A stretch of 62,645 bases of DNA, counting the filler, from Catajapyx aquilonaris (lineage: Eukaryota), in assembly GCA_000934665.2 (NCBI GenBank). It is 4 parts of 4 records of this genome, joined end to end, with 100 filler letters (N's around TTAATTAATTAA, not from the genome) between each part and the next. Parts side by side here need not be neighbours in the genome. Positions count along the whole stretch, not along the records: positions 31,400 to 46,972 come from JYFJ02007456.1; positions 47,073 to 62,645 come from JYFJ02007457.1; 2 more parts are not named here. One strand, written 5' to 3'. Made by a program: the position numbers and the translations under genes. Shown here in pieces: positions 36,252-48,749 of the stretch. The notes beneath the pieces are model-generated. The model made no database searches. It worked only from the letters and a program-made list of their open reading frames with translations, and was not told the origin of the DNA. Positions within the stretch are counted from its first letter, which is position 1. Each line of letters opens with the position of its first letter.

Positions 36252-39200
36252 ATGGCCTCTGCTACGTTGCTGTCCGAGCCTCTCCTCGACCCTTCAGAGC
36301 TATTCAGGTGACTATATTTTTAAAAAATCTCATTTAAGTTAAAGTTATTTACAACCCTGTTAAATTCGGCAATTATATCCAACTGGCTTTCAAGTTAACT
36401 GCGATTTTAGCAATGGACTACAAGCATGTTTAATCACATTTAACTTCATAGCCTAATTATACAGAGCCTTAGATACGGTAATTTGCTACCCTGTTGACTG
36501 CTGGCGATGGACTACTAATCACATTTAACTTCATTCGGTTGAACTTTCGTCCCACTGCTAGTTACTGCTAACTTTAGTAGTAACCATTCCCAACACTGGC
36601 ACTGCTAAGTTAGCAGTAACTAGCAGTGGGACGAAAATTCCACCCGCTGGCTAATTACAGTTAGTTAAATACGGTAGTTATATATCCAACCCTGCTGGAT
36701 TTAAGTTAACAGCAAGAAATGGAGCCGATTTGTAATTCCGAGTTAATCTGGATTAACTTGTGCACCACTGTTTAAAATCACTCCTGGATGGCCCTGGAAA
36801 TTATTTTCTTAAATGGCAATTAATTAGCACGCTGGTTAATTTGGAGATTTAAGATACGCCACAGTTGATTTTCCGTGGGAAACCTAATTTAATTTAAATG
36901 GCATTAACCGGCAGTTGACATTTAATTGTAATTGCGTAAACCATCGGTAAGTACATAACCAGTAGTTGATGGCTAGTAAACATAAACACTGCTTTGTTAG
37001 TACCGACATTAAAATGACATTAAAATTAAATTAAAAATAACCCGCAATTTATAGCTGTTATAACTGTCTTTTTCAACGCCCATTTCCAGCCAAGAGTTAA
37101 TCTAATTCACTCGTGGCCGTGACTGGCATGTTACAAATATTACAATATGTGTAATACTACCGTACATCGGAAATGTAACCAGACTATACCAGTACGGATT
37201 GGTGCTTGTGTACTCACAACACAACAGCTGGTTTGTAATCACAAGTGTGATGTAATAACAAGCACGTACTAAAAGCCTCGAGTACGACTCATCCGCTTGT
37301 AGCCCATTCACAAACATGTAGCCAAGTAGTACTATTCCCTCACATAGATGGCGCACACTACTGCCACTCTCAGGGGTAGTGCTGGGCAGTGGAACTACCA
37401 GCTCGGACAAACATCAGATGGAAAAAAACTAAAAGGCCTGTTTACTCCCTCACAATGTGAGCTCCCGTCGCACGACCGTTGCGACCGTCGCACGACAGTT
37501 TGCGACGAATCGACTGGTCCTGCGACCGAGGCTAAAAAATTGTCAGCGAATGGTACAAACAGGCTGTATAATTATGATTTACAGCTTGTGGTGCAACCCG
37601 CAGGAAATGACTCAGCTATTTACTCCAGTAAATACGATTTTCATGTGGCGGTCATTGCAGATAGTGCGGGTGGGGTCAGAGGTGAGTGATTTGTAGTGGC
37701 GAGTTGTGCGCATTGCACGGGCTGATACGATGATATAACACTGTCTGTGGCTGTGTATCACTGCCAATGGAGCCAAAAATAGCACGGTCGCGCGCGCTGG
37801 GGGTTTGTATACCACTGTACCGGCATCACTATGGCGCAATCGCGGAGATAAGACTAGTAGTAGCAGCAGCTGAAGTAATCGGTTCGACCCGGATCGAATT
37901 GACCTTGTCAATTGTTGGGGCGAAGAACCTATTGTTGTTTATTAATTAACCAAAACTGCTCGGTCTACCGACTGCCCAGGTAGTACCATACCCCTCACAT
38001 AGATGGCGCTCTGCCCAGTACTTTCACTATCAGGGTGGTGCTATACATGCACCGAGCCGAGCGGACAGAGGCACAGACTCGAGCCAATTTTATATACCGG
38101 TACTAGGGAGCACATACTACAAGTACATAAGAGGCGCAAACATTCGCTTTTTGCGTCTCTCTGTTTGGGGCGTTGCCAAGGCTGGCGGCCATTTTGAAGT
38201 GTGTGGAACGCCAACGAGGTATAAATAGGGTACAGGCAAAAATAGGGTCTGCCATCTTAGATTCGCGCGTGCTCTTGCCGTGTAGTTGCCATGGCCAGCA
38301 AAACCATCAAAGATGGTGGACCCTATTTTTGCCTGTACCCTATTTATACCTCGTTGGCGTTCCACACACTTCAAAATGGCCGCCAGCCTTTAAAACGCCC
38401 CAAACAGAGAGACGCGAACATCAAAGGCGCCGACAGAAGTTTGCGCCTCTTATGTAGTACGTGCTCCCTGCCGGTACTATCAATGCTAATAATTTCCAGA
38501 TTACTATCAATTATTGCTCTAAATGATTTTTTTTATGAGCGCAACCGCGAGTGCGCACCTACACCCGCGCAGCTCGATTGTTTTGACAACAAGGTTGCCA
38601 TGGTTACTCTCCAGTGGCCAAATTAATGATTAATAATACAGGGTGTTCCATCTTTGATAACTGATATCGCCCAATGCAGCTTTTATTTTTGTAGCTTGTT
38701 GTGCCCCTAAACCATGTGCTCCATTCTATAACTTGCTACAGAATGGAGCACATGGTTAGGGGCACAGCAAGCTACAAAAAATAACCGCTATTGTGCGATA
38801 TCAGTTTATCAAAAAGTGACCCACTAATCTGGAACACCCAGGCTATAATTCCCAACAACAATAACATCAACAAATTCACACCCGTACCTGTGAGGTTCGA
38901 TTCATAGCTTTGGCAACGTCGCAAACGTCGGTCATTTTGTTCTCCTCCAAGCGTAGCGTTGGAAATAAGTGCAGCGCAGTACACCCACTATACTGTAGTA
39001 TATATAGTACTGGCTTACCAGATATCATTGATATATTGTCAACCCTGCAAACTGTAGTGCGTACTCGGTTGCGCACATTAAAAATTTCAAGTGTAATCAA
39101 TTTGTTCTTGATTTTTTACATTAACTATTAGAGCTACTACTAGCTGGTCGACAGGTGATGGCAGCCATTTTGATGACCTTGCAGGCCCGAGCCTGTGTAC

Positions 39201-40910
39201 GAGGACCTTCATCGTCATGACCATCAATCGACACAGAAGAAGACGAAGGAAGCCCACGAGTTCAGGGTGTTTCCAGAGGACGAGGAGAGCAGGGTACGAC
39301 TCACATACTACTCCATGCACACCTGCCAGACGGTGTCGTCTGTCCGAGAGCGCATGCTTCGATGGACAAAGTTCGACCACTTCAAATGCGACGCATTGAC
39401 TGCCCTCAGGTATGAAAGCTGTGGCTCGTCCATAAAAGGCAACACTCATATGTTTGTTTGTTTTTGTCCGGGGTAAGTCATCACCTCAACTCATCTATGT
39501 CCAAGTAGTACAACTACCCCTCGCATAGATGGCGCACATCCTTGCTCTCAGCACACTCCTGTCACTCGTAGGGTCGTGGACAGGTACTACTTGGCCGAGT
39601 GTAGGTGATGAGTGGTGACTGACCCCGGACAAACAAATAGGCAACCAACCCGGTCCACATGACACCCTCTAGGAAGAGAGTTGCCAACTACTACGTCACA
39701 GTCGTCTCTGATTGGCTGGAGTAATTATGGACTGTTTACTTGTCCAGGCCGCCATCTTGCGTTGCTAAGGAAATAGTGGCCGGCTCTGACGTCACGGTCG
39801 ACTCTGATTGGATGCATCCAGCCAATCGGAGTCGACCGTGACGTAAGAGCCGGCCACTATTTCCATTAGCAACGCAAGATGGCGGCCTCCATAGGACACG
39901 TAAACAGTCCATAATTACTCCAGCAAATCAGAGACGACCGTGACGTAAAAGTTGGCTACTCTCTCCCTCGAGGTTTTGGACCTGTTCTGGACCCGGTCCA
40001 CTTTCCTGGGTATCGTCTACTAAACGGACATGTTTGCAGGCGCCTGTCCGACTTGGTGGACGAGAGTGACCCGGACGTGGACGTCCCGAACATCATGCAT
40101 GCCTTCCAGACTGCCGAGGGTATCCGGAAGGCTCATCCGGACAAGCCCTGGTTCCATCTGGTGGGTCTCCTGCACGACCTGGGAAAGGTCATGGCCTTCT
40201 GGGGCGAGCCGCAATGGGCAGTGGTTGGAGACACCTTCCCTGTCGGATGTGGGTTTGCGTACAAAGGTATCGCCTACGGAGAAGACAGCTTCCGTGGTAA
40301 CCCGGACGTGCACGACGACAGATACAAGTAAGTATACGGTACTACAACCTAACCAATCTGCAGAAGTACTCCGCTGAATGTGTTTGTGCTATCTGTGAGG
40401 TGTAGTTGGAGTGACCGCACCAGTACTGTCGTCTTGTGGCCCTGCCAGGCACAGTACGTCGCATAGAATGATTTTAGTGTACATTTAATTTAATTTGTGC
40501 AGCACCAAGTACGGCATGTACAAGCCCAACTGCGGACTGGATAACGTCATGATGTCGTGGGGTCACGACGAGTACATGTACAGGGTACTTATTCACAACA
40601 AGACAACCATACCTAAGGAAGGGTTGTACATGGTCCGGTTCCACTCTTTCTACCCTTGGCACGCATCGGGAGAGTACATGCATCTGTGCAACCAGGAGGA
40701 CATCGACATGCTGCAGTGGGTCACAGAGTTCAAGTAAGTACAGTGTTTGTTAGATAAGATAATGATCAGATGATGCTGATGATGTGTTATTATTATTGCA
40801 GTAAGTTCGACCTGTACACCAAGTCTGAAGAGGAGGTGGACATGGAGAGCCTCGTGCCTTATTACCAAGGACTGCTGGACCAGTATCTTCCAGGAGAGTT
40901 GGAATGGTGA
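36252..40910 (+). CDS. MIOX: Myo-inositol oxygenase, 302 aa; exons 36252-36307, 39185-39409, 40040-40327, 40503-40733, 40802-40910
   Basis: [73 protein letters not shown]. Four phase-2 GT-AG introns. AATAAA at 41015. Confidence 0.97.
38095..38476. mobile_element. Foldback MITE in MIOX intron 1
   Basis: Whole element is an imperfect palindrome, with a strong inner stem at ~38183-38385. Confidence 0.8.
38639..38841. mobile_element. Tc1/mariner-like palindromic MITE
   Basis: TA-CAGGGTGTTCCA ... TGGAACACCCAG, with an internal hairpin. Confidence 0.7.
39675..39964. mobile_element. Foldback MITE in MIOX intron 2
   Basis: ~140-bp arms AGAGAGTTGCCAAC.. / ..GTTGGCTACTCTCT. Confidence 0.8.
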
Positions 40911-41129
40911 ACTTTAATGACGCTCGTTACCATTGCTGTATTTAACTCTATAGTGTTATACTTTGCCCACCTCATCAATCTTGTAGAGCATCGCGGTGTA
41001 GAGGGTTCATTATCAATAAATATTGTATATATACCAACCTGGACGCAACTGTTCATACTCAACAATTAGTTTTAATAATTGCAAATATATTCAAATACAC
41101 AACATGTAAAAACCAAACACGTGACAAAA

Positions 41130-42272
41130 TCAGTCTGAATGGTCTCGAGCAGTTGTGGAGTTATCCTCTGAGTCCATAAAACTCACATGGCTGTCCACCT
41201 TCCTCTTCCTCCTCTTTAACTTGGATGACGGAGATGGCGACCCCCCCATGGCAATAACGTCTGTGTAAGGTGTCATCTTCTCAAGAGGCCTGTTGTTTCT
41301 CATGCAGTACATGTCCATCCAGTACTGCTCCTCCCTTTCCATGTTGGCCATCTTCTTCTCCAGCTCTATTCTCCTGCGGTCCAGACGCTTATTCTTCTCT
41401 ACAATGACCTCGAGATTCGAGTACAGTTCCTTGTTGTTGTCCTTCGTCCTCAACAGCTCCTTCTTCAGAGCGGGTCTGGCATTCTGATCAAAATCCGATT
41501 TCACTGAACGCAGAGCGGTTTTGTTCACACGTGACCAGTGCTTACGGTCGCTAAAATAATAAAGCCAATGGTTAGTAACCATCCAGAACCACTGAACATC
41601 AAAGGACTCACTCCAGTAATTTCTTTTTAAGGTCTCTAGATTCCGTGTCGTGCTTTTTATTCAAGGTTGTCAGTTCTGCATGCAGTTGTTTAACTTGCTT
41701 CCGCTGGACATTGTCCACTTCTCTGAAACGGATTGTCGTTAGTGGGCGAAAAAATGAATGGATCAAACTAGTACTTGATGGCTTCCATATCAGCGGCCTT
41801 CTTCTTCATCACATATATCCAAGTCTCCTTCTCTAGAATGTTCATTTCCAATGTTTGAATGGTGGACTGGAGAGCGGTCAGGATGGGCTTCTTGTTCGTG
41901 TCTATCTCATCTATCTTCTCAGCCTCCATTATCTTCAGCTCTGCCATGTTATCACGCATCTTCGTTACGCGATTCACGGACATAGCCAAATATCTGATGG
42001 AAACATTATTACATCAGAAAATATGCAACTGGCCTGATAGGACAAACAGAGGCACAGACTCACTCCTGTCTGTCATCAATTGTCTGTCGAATCTGGTCTT
42101 TCAGAGAGTAGTTCTCCGTCTGCAGTCTCTTCACTTCTGTCCTTGCGACTGCTTCCTGCAGGGAGACATGAATCAGCTCCTGTTGCATTCTGGCGATCAT
42201 GGCTGGGCGTGCTGTTGGCAACTCTTCGTCTCTCCTCTTCCCTTTCCACTGCCTCTTTCCCTTCCTCGGCAT
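41130..42272 (-). CDS. Coiled-coil protein, CCDC166/CCDC121-like (DUF4515), 319 aa; exons 42272-42064, 41993-41775, 41722-41612, 41550-41130
   Basis: Four GT-AG exons give an intact frame: basic N-terminus, then a continuous coiled coil whose pattern (VKRLQTEN..EYL..; QVKQLHAEL..H..LKKKLLDDRKHW..; KDNNKEL..; EREEQYWMDM) parallels my recollection of CCDC166. Gene model is strong, family assignment moderate. Confidence 0.7.
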
Positions 42273-42324
42273 CTTTCACTCTACTGGAAACACCAACTCC
42301 ACAGCACAACAATGGCTAACAACC

Positions 42325-42338
42325 GTCTCCACGGAGAC
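42325..42338. promoter_or_regulatory. RFX X-box-like palindrome upstream of the CCDC166-like gene
   Basis: GTCTCC-AC-GGAGAC fits RYYNYY-N1-3-RRNRAC, 53 nt upstream of the ATG. Confidence 0.5.
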
Positions 42339-42354
42339 ATTTCAGTAATTCATT

Positions 42355-42443
42355 TTAGACAGAATTTTTTTACGAGCGCAACCGAGTGCGCACTCACACT
42401 CGCGCAAGTCAATTGTTCCGACAACAACCTTGCCACAGTTACT
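42355..42443. repeat. Interspersed repeat (possibly a Helitron-like terminus), with related copies at ~38520-38610, ~38905-39090 (inverted) and ~46635-46810
   Basis: Shared ATTTTTTTACGAGCGCAAC..GTGCGCAC core. Confidence 0.55.
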
Positions 42444-42681
42444 ATTCATCCATCCATCTATAGTAGTGGAAAAGGTCCAAGGTTTTGTGCTTATCTCCGC
42501 CGTTTTGTTTCCTCTCTTATCTGCCTTGCTTATCACATTCTGCCATTCAGCGTGTGTCTCCAGAGTTTTACACTACCGGTTTATTTTGCTGCTTCTGTGA
42601 GCGTAAACTAGTGCAATAGTTTCTTTCACTATTGGAGGACGTTGATGGTTTGGTGTGATTCACGTAGGCTGGAAGCAGAAG

Positions 42682-44681
42682 ATGGATAGGCCCATCTGCG
42701 GAGTTGGGCAGAGCAACACTGATGACATGCTGAGGAGATTGATTGAAGTTGTGCTTCAAATCAGAGACACTGTTATGAAGGTAGATCAGAGGACGCAGTG
42801 GCTGGAAGAGACGATTGTCTCCTACTTGGAAGGTGCCGAGGAAGGTTTGTTGCGGTTATAACAATGTACAGTGTTGTAATTAATAATAATAAAGTGCAAT
42901 ATATTTGGGTCATAGTTGATAGAGTTAAAAAATTCACACTGACTTCAGTTGTGTCTCTGTACCAATTGGGCTTTAATTATTATGCAAATTCTAATCCGGT
43001 GGTTTCAGATGAAGCAGCAAAATCAGTCGCATCATCAGGTAATCCTGTAGTGAAGACGGAATTAGGATCAGATGAATCAGTTCCACCATTCACAGACGAC
43101 AGTGTTGGTCAACAGAATGAATGTGAAGTCCTGGTACTGTACATGCTAGAATGATTACATTAAATATTAAATTAACTACTGATATGTTAATTATGTTTCA
43201 GGATGACAGATTGGAACCGGAAGATATCAACACTCTTGATTTACCAGGAAATGAAGCAGAATGTCAGTAGAGCACATTTTTTTGAGTTATTTTTTTGAAC
43301 GAATTGGTACACGAAATATTTTTAACAGGTTTTAACAGCAGGACTGATAATAATTCAGAGGGTGAAGAAAATGCAGAAACTCCTGGAGAACCGAACATCA
43401 TGGAGCCTCCACAAGAGACTTGTCCAGATGTGAATCCTTCGCGCACTAAGACAATCATTGTTCATAAAGAAAAAGAGGACGAACATTTTGAGACACAGGT
43501 AATTCTTGTTACACTATTGCAAGTAGTTTTGTTTTTTTTTAAAAATTGTCCACTAATATCATTCATAAACTTATTTTACAGTGAAAGCAAAGATAATGTA
43601 CCTTTTTTGTGACTATCACTGCAATGAAATTATTTTAATATCATATTTCTCGTGTTATGAAAATGGAAACAAAATAAATCACCCAATATTTCCATATTTT
43701 GTGATTAACATATTTGCTTGTTCATTATGAAGGAGGACTGGAGGGCACAGATTTTAGATGATGGAGATGAAAATGTGGGTGAAGAGCTTCACGAAGACTT
43801 AAATTGTGGAGCAGTAATAGCTTTGAAAAAGAAAAGGGAGGTGAGTGAAATCACAGAGAATATTCATCTACATGTTACTCATCTTATATTGAAGTAATTA
43901 ACTTGTTACACGCAGAGCTGAAGAGTAAACTGCGTGCTTTACATTGTATCGATGATTACTTTCACTTTTTTTATAGGATCATCCTGTTCAGAAGAAGAAG
44001 AGTAAGAGAGATTCCACAAAGAGCAAGGTAAACTCCAAGACATCCACATCGAAAAGGAAACTGGATGAACCTGTTAAGTCTCATGAAAAGGCCAAAAAGA
44101 GTAAGGAGACGAGTAATGGAAGAAGAAAGGATGCCAAAAGAGATGACAGGGAGAAAAAGAAGAAAGTAGTGAAAAAGCAAGTAGGAAGAGAGATGGTCAA
44201 AGCTAAAACAAGTACACCAAAAATGAACACAAGTGATTCGCATATGTGCAATATTTGCATGTACATGGCTCCATGCGAGTCCAAATTGACTATGCATGTG
44301 AGAACTCACACTGGAGAGAAACCATACGCGTGTAGGCTATGTCCTCAAAAATTCGCGCAGAACAGCTCCTTGACATATCACGTAAATTCGGTGCATCGCA
44401 AAAAGAAGCCATTTGCCTGCACCTACTGCGCCTTGAAATTTTCACAGAACTGCAACCTGACACGGCATGTCAATTCAGTCCACCATGGTTTAAGGCCATT
44501 CACGTGTGAAGTTTGCGGAGAGAAGTTTAAGGTTAGGTTTCATATGGAAAGCCACAGTCGCACACACCTTAAGAAAAAGGGAGCTTACACTTGTTTTGTG
44601 TGTAAAAAGAAGTTTGCCAACAAGGATGGACTTAGTTATCACTTGAACCGCCATCATGTACCTACCATAGGTTTAGGTTGA
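42682..44681 (+). CDS. C2H2 zinc-finger protein (5 fingers), ~443 aa; exons 42682-42844, 43009-43133, 43202-43262, 43329-43498, 43733-43840, 43977-44681
   Basis: Five CxxC-x12-H-x3/4-H fingers with HTGEKPY-type linkers. Upstream acidic and Lys-rich exons splice in frame. Upstream exons are less certain than the last. Confidence 0.85.
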
Positions 44682-44873
44682 GATGTCACATTATACATAT
44701 GTGTAATTATGTACAAACATACGTGGATATTATAAGATGCACCAGTAACACTCTTGTAAGAGCTGTTTTTGTGATTTACAACCTTACCTGCTTTTTTTTT
44801 ACAGTATTTAGGCTACTTTCTATCAAATGAATATTATGGCAGATTCTAACAGAAACTGAACACACCTCAACAC

Positions 44874-45031
44874 ACCGAGAAACGGCATCTCGAGGCTGGA
44901 GTACTTGTTGCTGTACGTCATCCAGGTGATGCTTGCTAAGTTCAGCATCATCCCATAATGAATGACGCAAAGGAATATGTGGACTGGATGGGGAAAATGT
45001 TTGAATTAAGACCATCGTAAAGTACAGGAGT
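44874..45031 (-). pseudogene. Decayed duplicate of a DUOXA-like exon
   Basis: Encodes WMTYSNKYSSLEMPFLG versus WMTYRNEYSSLEMPFLG in the intact gene. GGCATCTCGAGGCTGGAGTACT is shared (44885 vs 46079). Frameshifted relative to its acceptor. Confidence 0.8.
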
Positions 45032-45287
45032 CTTAAATTGTTATTAAACTCAAACATAAGAAGCAGCCACTAGTCAGACGAAAGTAGGATCAGTAAAGTG
45101 CTCAGAAATATTTATTAAAGCATGCTGATCATTACATGTTTTGCTCTGATGTTGAAGAAGCTACAGAGAACATTAAAAAATTCCATGATCGTGTCGTTCC
45201 TTTCAAAAGTAATTATTGCAGTGTAGTAGTCAGCTTGTGATGAAGTCCTTTTTCGGAACAAACACTCGGACAGTATATAGATGCCAA

Positions 45288-46612
45288 TTACATAGTTTTT
45301 CTTCTGCTGTCATAGTTGTGCGGGAACTGAAAAGAAACGAAATTATATTTTTTGTAGAAGCAATAGCTGATGACAGGGACTTACATGCTTGTCTTCGTCT
45401 TCGCCCTCTTTGTGGTCCTCAACAGATTCATCCACAGACGTCCCTTCAGAGGAGCGGTCGTCGTCATCGCTGTGACCATCCCTGTACTTGTGAGACTGGT
45501 AGTCTCCGCTTGGAGTGTGGAAGTCAAGATAGTTCCAGTACTCCCCTCCAGCCTCTTCGTCCGACTCATCATCCAAGGGCTTCAGCACCTCCGCTTCCTT
45601 CTCCTCAATCGGCATGTCCTCCAGCTTGGCCAGTTCCTCCAGCAGCATCCCTTGGCTACCCTCAGACTCAGGTATGGTTGATCCAGTGGTCAGGATGGGC
45701 ACCACCGGAGCCTGCTGCTGTAAAAGAGGCACCATCTGCCCATCAGACTCCTTCTCCATTTGGTCCCATATCTCCTTCTCCTTCCTCAGCCTCTCGTCTC
45801 CTTCTTCGTCTTCTTCGTGAATCAGGCCTCTCAGGTCCGGCCGAATAAATGACGCGAGTCTTTCCTTCTTGCTGTACCTGCACTGGGTGCTCTGAGTCGT
45901 GAGGGCCACCTGATGCTCGATCCCAAACACTTTGTCGACCACTCTGGGTATCTTGATGCTGATCATAAACAGGGTCAACCCCGCGAAGGTCAGTAAAAAT
46001 CCGACATTGGCTGCTATCCAGAAGGAAGATCCGTAGTGCAGCTTCAACACTGTGTCCTTTCCGTCGCTTCCTAAAAATGGCATCTCGAGGCTGGAGTACT
46101 CGTTGCGATATGTCATCCAGACGTAGCAGGCCGACAACATGATCAATCCAGTTAACAGCAGGGAGAGAGAAGCCCGGCCAGAATGGTACAATGACAAGAA
46201 ATGTGCGTGGATCATGGAGCCCACGGCCAGTCTGATTAGAAGGAAGCAAACAAAATGTTGCGCCCAACACACGTCAACTGTTTACGCCCTCACGATTTGA
46301 GCCTCGGTCGTACGACCATGGTCGTGCGACCGAGGCTCAAATCGTGAGGGCGTAAACAGGCATTTACAACTCACTTCAGGAGTACCTCCCCGTACCACCC
46401 GGCGATGCGGAAGAATCGTCCGATGTGCATCCCTTCTTTGTCCATGGCCATGTACTCCAAGTACCACATGACTGGCTCTGGAAGCATTTGCACCAACCCG
46501 TTCTTCCAGTGTTCGTAAACCACGTCTTCGTATCCGAATCCCAAGTCCCCGTTTTCACCCCGCAAGGTAAACGTGTTGGAGAAGACCTCCTTGGATCCAT
46601 CCGAGACATTCG
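45288..46612 (-). CDS. Dual oxidase maturation factor (DUOXA/NIP/moladietz-like), 3' exons 46612-46375, 46231-45385, 45326-45288; 5' exons not on this contig
   Basis: LPEPVMWYLEYMAMDKEGMHIGRFFRIAGWYG and LKLHYGSSFW..VG match DUOXA motifs (GLPxP..EY..GR.YR.AG.Y; YG.SFW). Three TM helices, then a long acidic tail. AATAAA on the minus strand at ~45110. Confidence 0.85.
46278..46359. mobile_element. 82-bp near-perfect palindromic MITE in the DUOXA intron (related terminus at ~37438)
   Basis: CTGTTTACGCCCTCACGATTTGAGCCTCGGTCG..CGACCGAGGCTCAAATCGTGAGGGCGTAAACAG. Confidence 0.75.
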
Positions 46613-46881
46613 CTGCATGAAATCATCATCGCTGTAGATGAATTTTTTTACGAGCCCAACGAAGTGCGCACCACAGTTCACGCAGCATGCAGGGTTGGTA
46701 TTACCAATGATATCTGGTAAGCTCTGTGTATAGTGGATGTACTCGCATGTAAGCGCTGCACTTATTTCCAACGCTACTTTTGTGGCCAATGTTTTCGACG
46801 TTGCCAAGGCTCATCAGTAACTCTGGCAACGTCGGAGCTGTGCGAATGTGGCTGCGCCAAAGAGTTCTGCTATATTATATA

Positions 46882-46972
46882 CTAGCAGGATACCCGGCGT
46901 TGCTCGGGTTATGAAAGACTTTTCCATAGGAGTGACTCATTGATTTAGTAGTAACCTTTGCAATAATTATGG
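46882..46972 (-). mobile_element. Helitron 3' terminus (different family)
   Basis: Minus strand CCCGAGCAACGCCGGG hairpin, then TATCCTG-CTAG-T. Confidence 0.8.
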
Positions 46973-47072
46973 NNNNNNNNNNNNNNNNNNNNNNNNNNNN
47001 NNNNNNNNNNNNNNNNTTAATTAATTAANNNNNNNNNNNNNNNNNNNNNNNNNNNNNNNNNNNNNNNNNNNN
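46973..47072. other. Artificial contig linker
   Basis: 44 N + TTAATTAATTAA + 44 N. Confidence 0.97.
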
Positions 47073-48749
47073 AAGGGTTCAATTGGATGTGGGTTTCACA
47101 TATATTTTTTAAAGAAAAATCGAAGACCATGACTGGGCACCCACCGTCTGGATTGAAATGGAACCAGCCATATGCTAATGAGCCACATGGAAGGGCAATG
47201 TTGGGGTGAGATATCAATGCATTTGTCGGTGGAACAAGACAAATAGGACAGTATTTATTTACCGTGCAGGGGGCAATGGAGCTCGCCCAGAGCGCTAAAC
47301 TTGCCACAAAGTTTGCCTAGAAGCAGGTGACATCGCCATGGGCAACAATGACGGCCTCCACACAACACGACATTTTGAATGAGCTCTGGCACTCGGCTAG
47401 AGTGATGGTGTCCCGAACTTCCCGTAGTTTGGCCCTGAAGGGATGCCTTGGTGCAAGGATGTTTCCTCTGAAGTACCTTTTTCATGATTTTCCAGTCTAT
47501 CTCAATCGGATTGAGGTCCAGGCTGCTCCATGGCCACGTAGGATGTCTATCCCCTTGTCTGCTTCCGCTGTTTTGGCAAGATGCAAAGTCCTGTTGAAAT
47601 ATTACGTTGACAACAGGATGTAAGGTTGCTATTGAGGGCACACACAGCAGATGGTTTCTCATAATCTCCTGAAACATGGCTGTATCAATGGTGCTACTGA
47701 TGCCGTGAAAGTTGCCAAGGCCGACACTACCCATGCATCCCCACACCATAATGCTGTGTGCATGTTTGAGACATTGGGATGGTATGCCTCTTCCTTTGTT
47801 TGCAGTACTCGATTGTGGATGTCCCTGTACTGACTAATTCATCGCGAAATTTGACTAATTCCACATCTGATGTGCCCAATGCTTCCATTACTTCTCCCAA
47901 GCAAGTCTTTTTCCTGTTCCAGTATCATCAAGAGTGGTTTCTTCTTGCCCTATTGTCATGAGGGCAGGTCCTGATTTCATGAATTCCCCGTTAGTCTTCG
48001 AGAAGTAAAAGTTCACCTTCATGTCACGGATGCAGAGTCGACAGGTTGTTGTGGGGACCACCTTTTGGGTCACCTCTGACCATTTTGAAATTGACGGTTG
48101 CTGCCCCTTTCGCCGATTTTGTGACACTTTTTTTCAGTTCTCAGTTTTTCCTTGCTGCTGTTGCCTGGTGACGTCCATAATAAGGTTTTTCTGGATGGTT
48201 ATTGTAGTTTTGTTACTTCATGTGATGCCCCTTACCATGGCGCATGGCACATGCCCTTCTTGTCCAACCACATACGCAGACTTTCCTTCTTGAGAACTCT
48301 TCCATATCACCTTGCATACCTCTGGAGGAATGGGCTTACCACCTCCCGTGATTGTTATTTTCAGACAGAGTGCAATGAGTAATGGCATTGTGGTGCAGGG
48401 CAAGAGACCTGCACTTTTTTTCCCATCTGGCACAACCGCATCAGTCTGTATTTAACAATGGGCGAACTTTGTGGCGCGATTAGCGCTCTGGGGGAACTCC
48501 ATTGCCCCCGGCGCGCTAAATAAATACTGTCGTATTCTTCTTGTTCCACAGACAAATGCATTGATATCTCGCCCCAACATTGCTCTTCCATGTGGCTCAT
48601 TAGCATATAAGTTGTGTGATTAAAACATGATTCATTCTCAAGGAATCTGTATTTGTAACATCGACATGCAGGTGATTTTCGTGCTAGGCGAACTTCATCG
48701 GTGTTGGGCAAGTATAAAACGGGTGGGCAAACTTCTTTCGGATGTACTA
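47073..48749 (-). mobile_element. Degenerate Tc1-like transposon with long TIRs; transposase pseudogene at ~48350-47330
   Basis: 47170-47317 is the inverted copy of 48461-48608. Translated remnants VWGCM..GLG, IFQQD, WPWSSLDLNPIEIDW with stops and frameshifts. Left end is lost at the contig edge. Confidence 0.88.

Noticed and set aside
41859..42611. 250-aa plus-strand ORF (likewise 45216-45848 and 4949-5479)
   Set aside because: Antisense to well-supported spliced genes, with no recognisable motifs.
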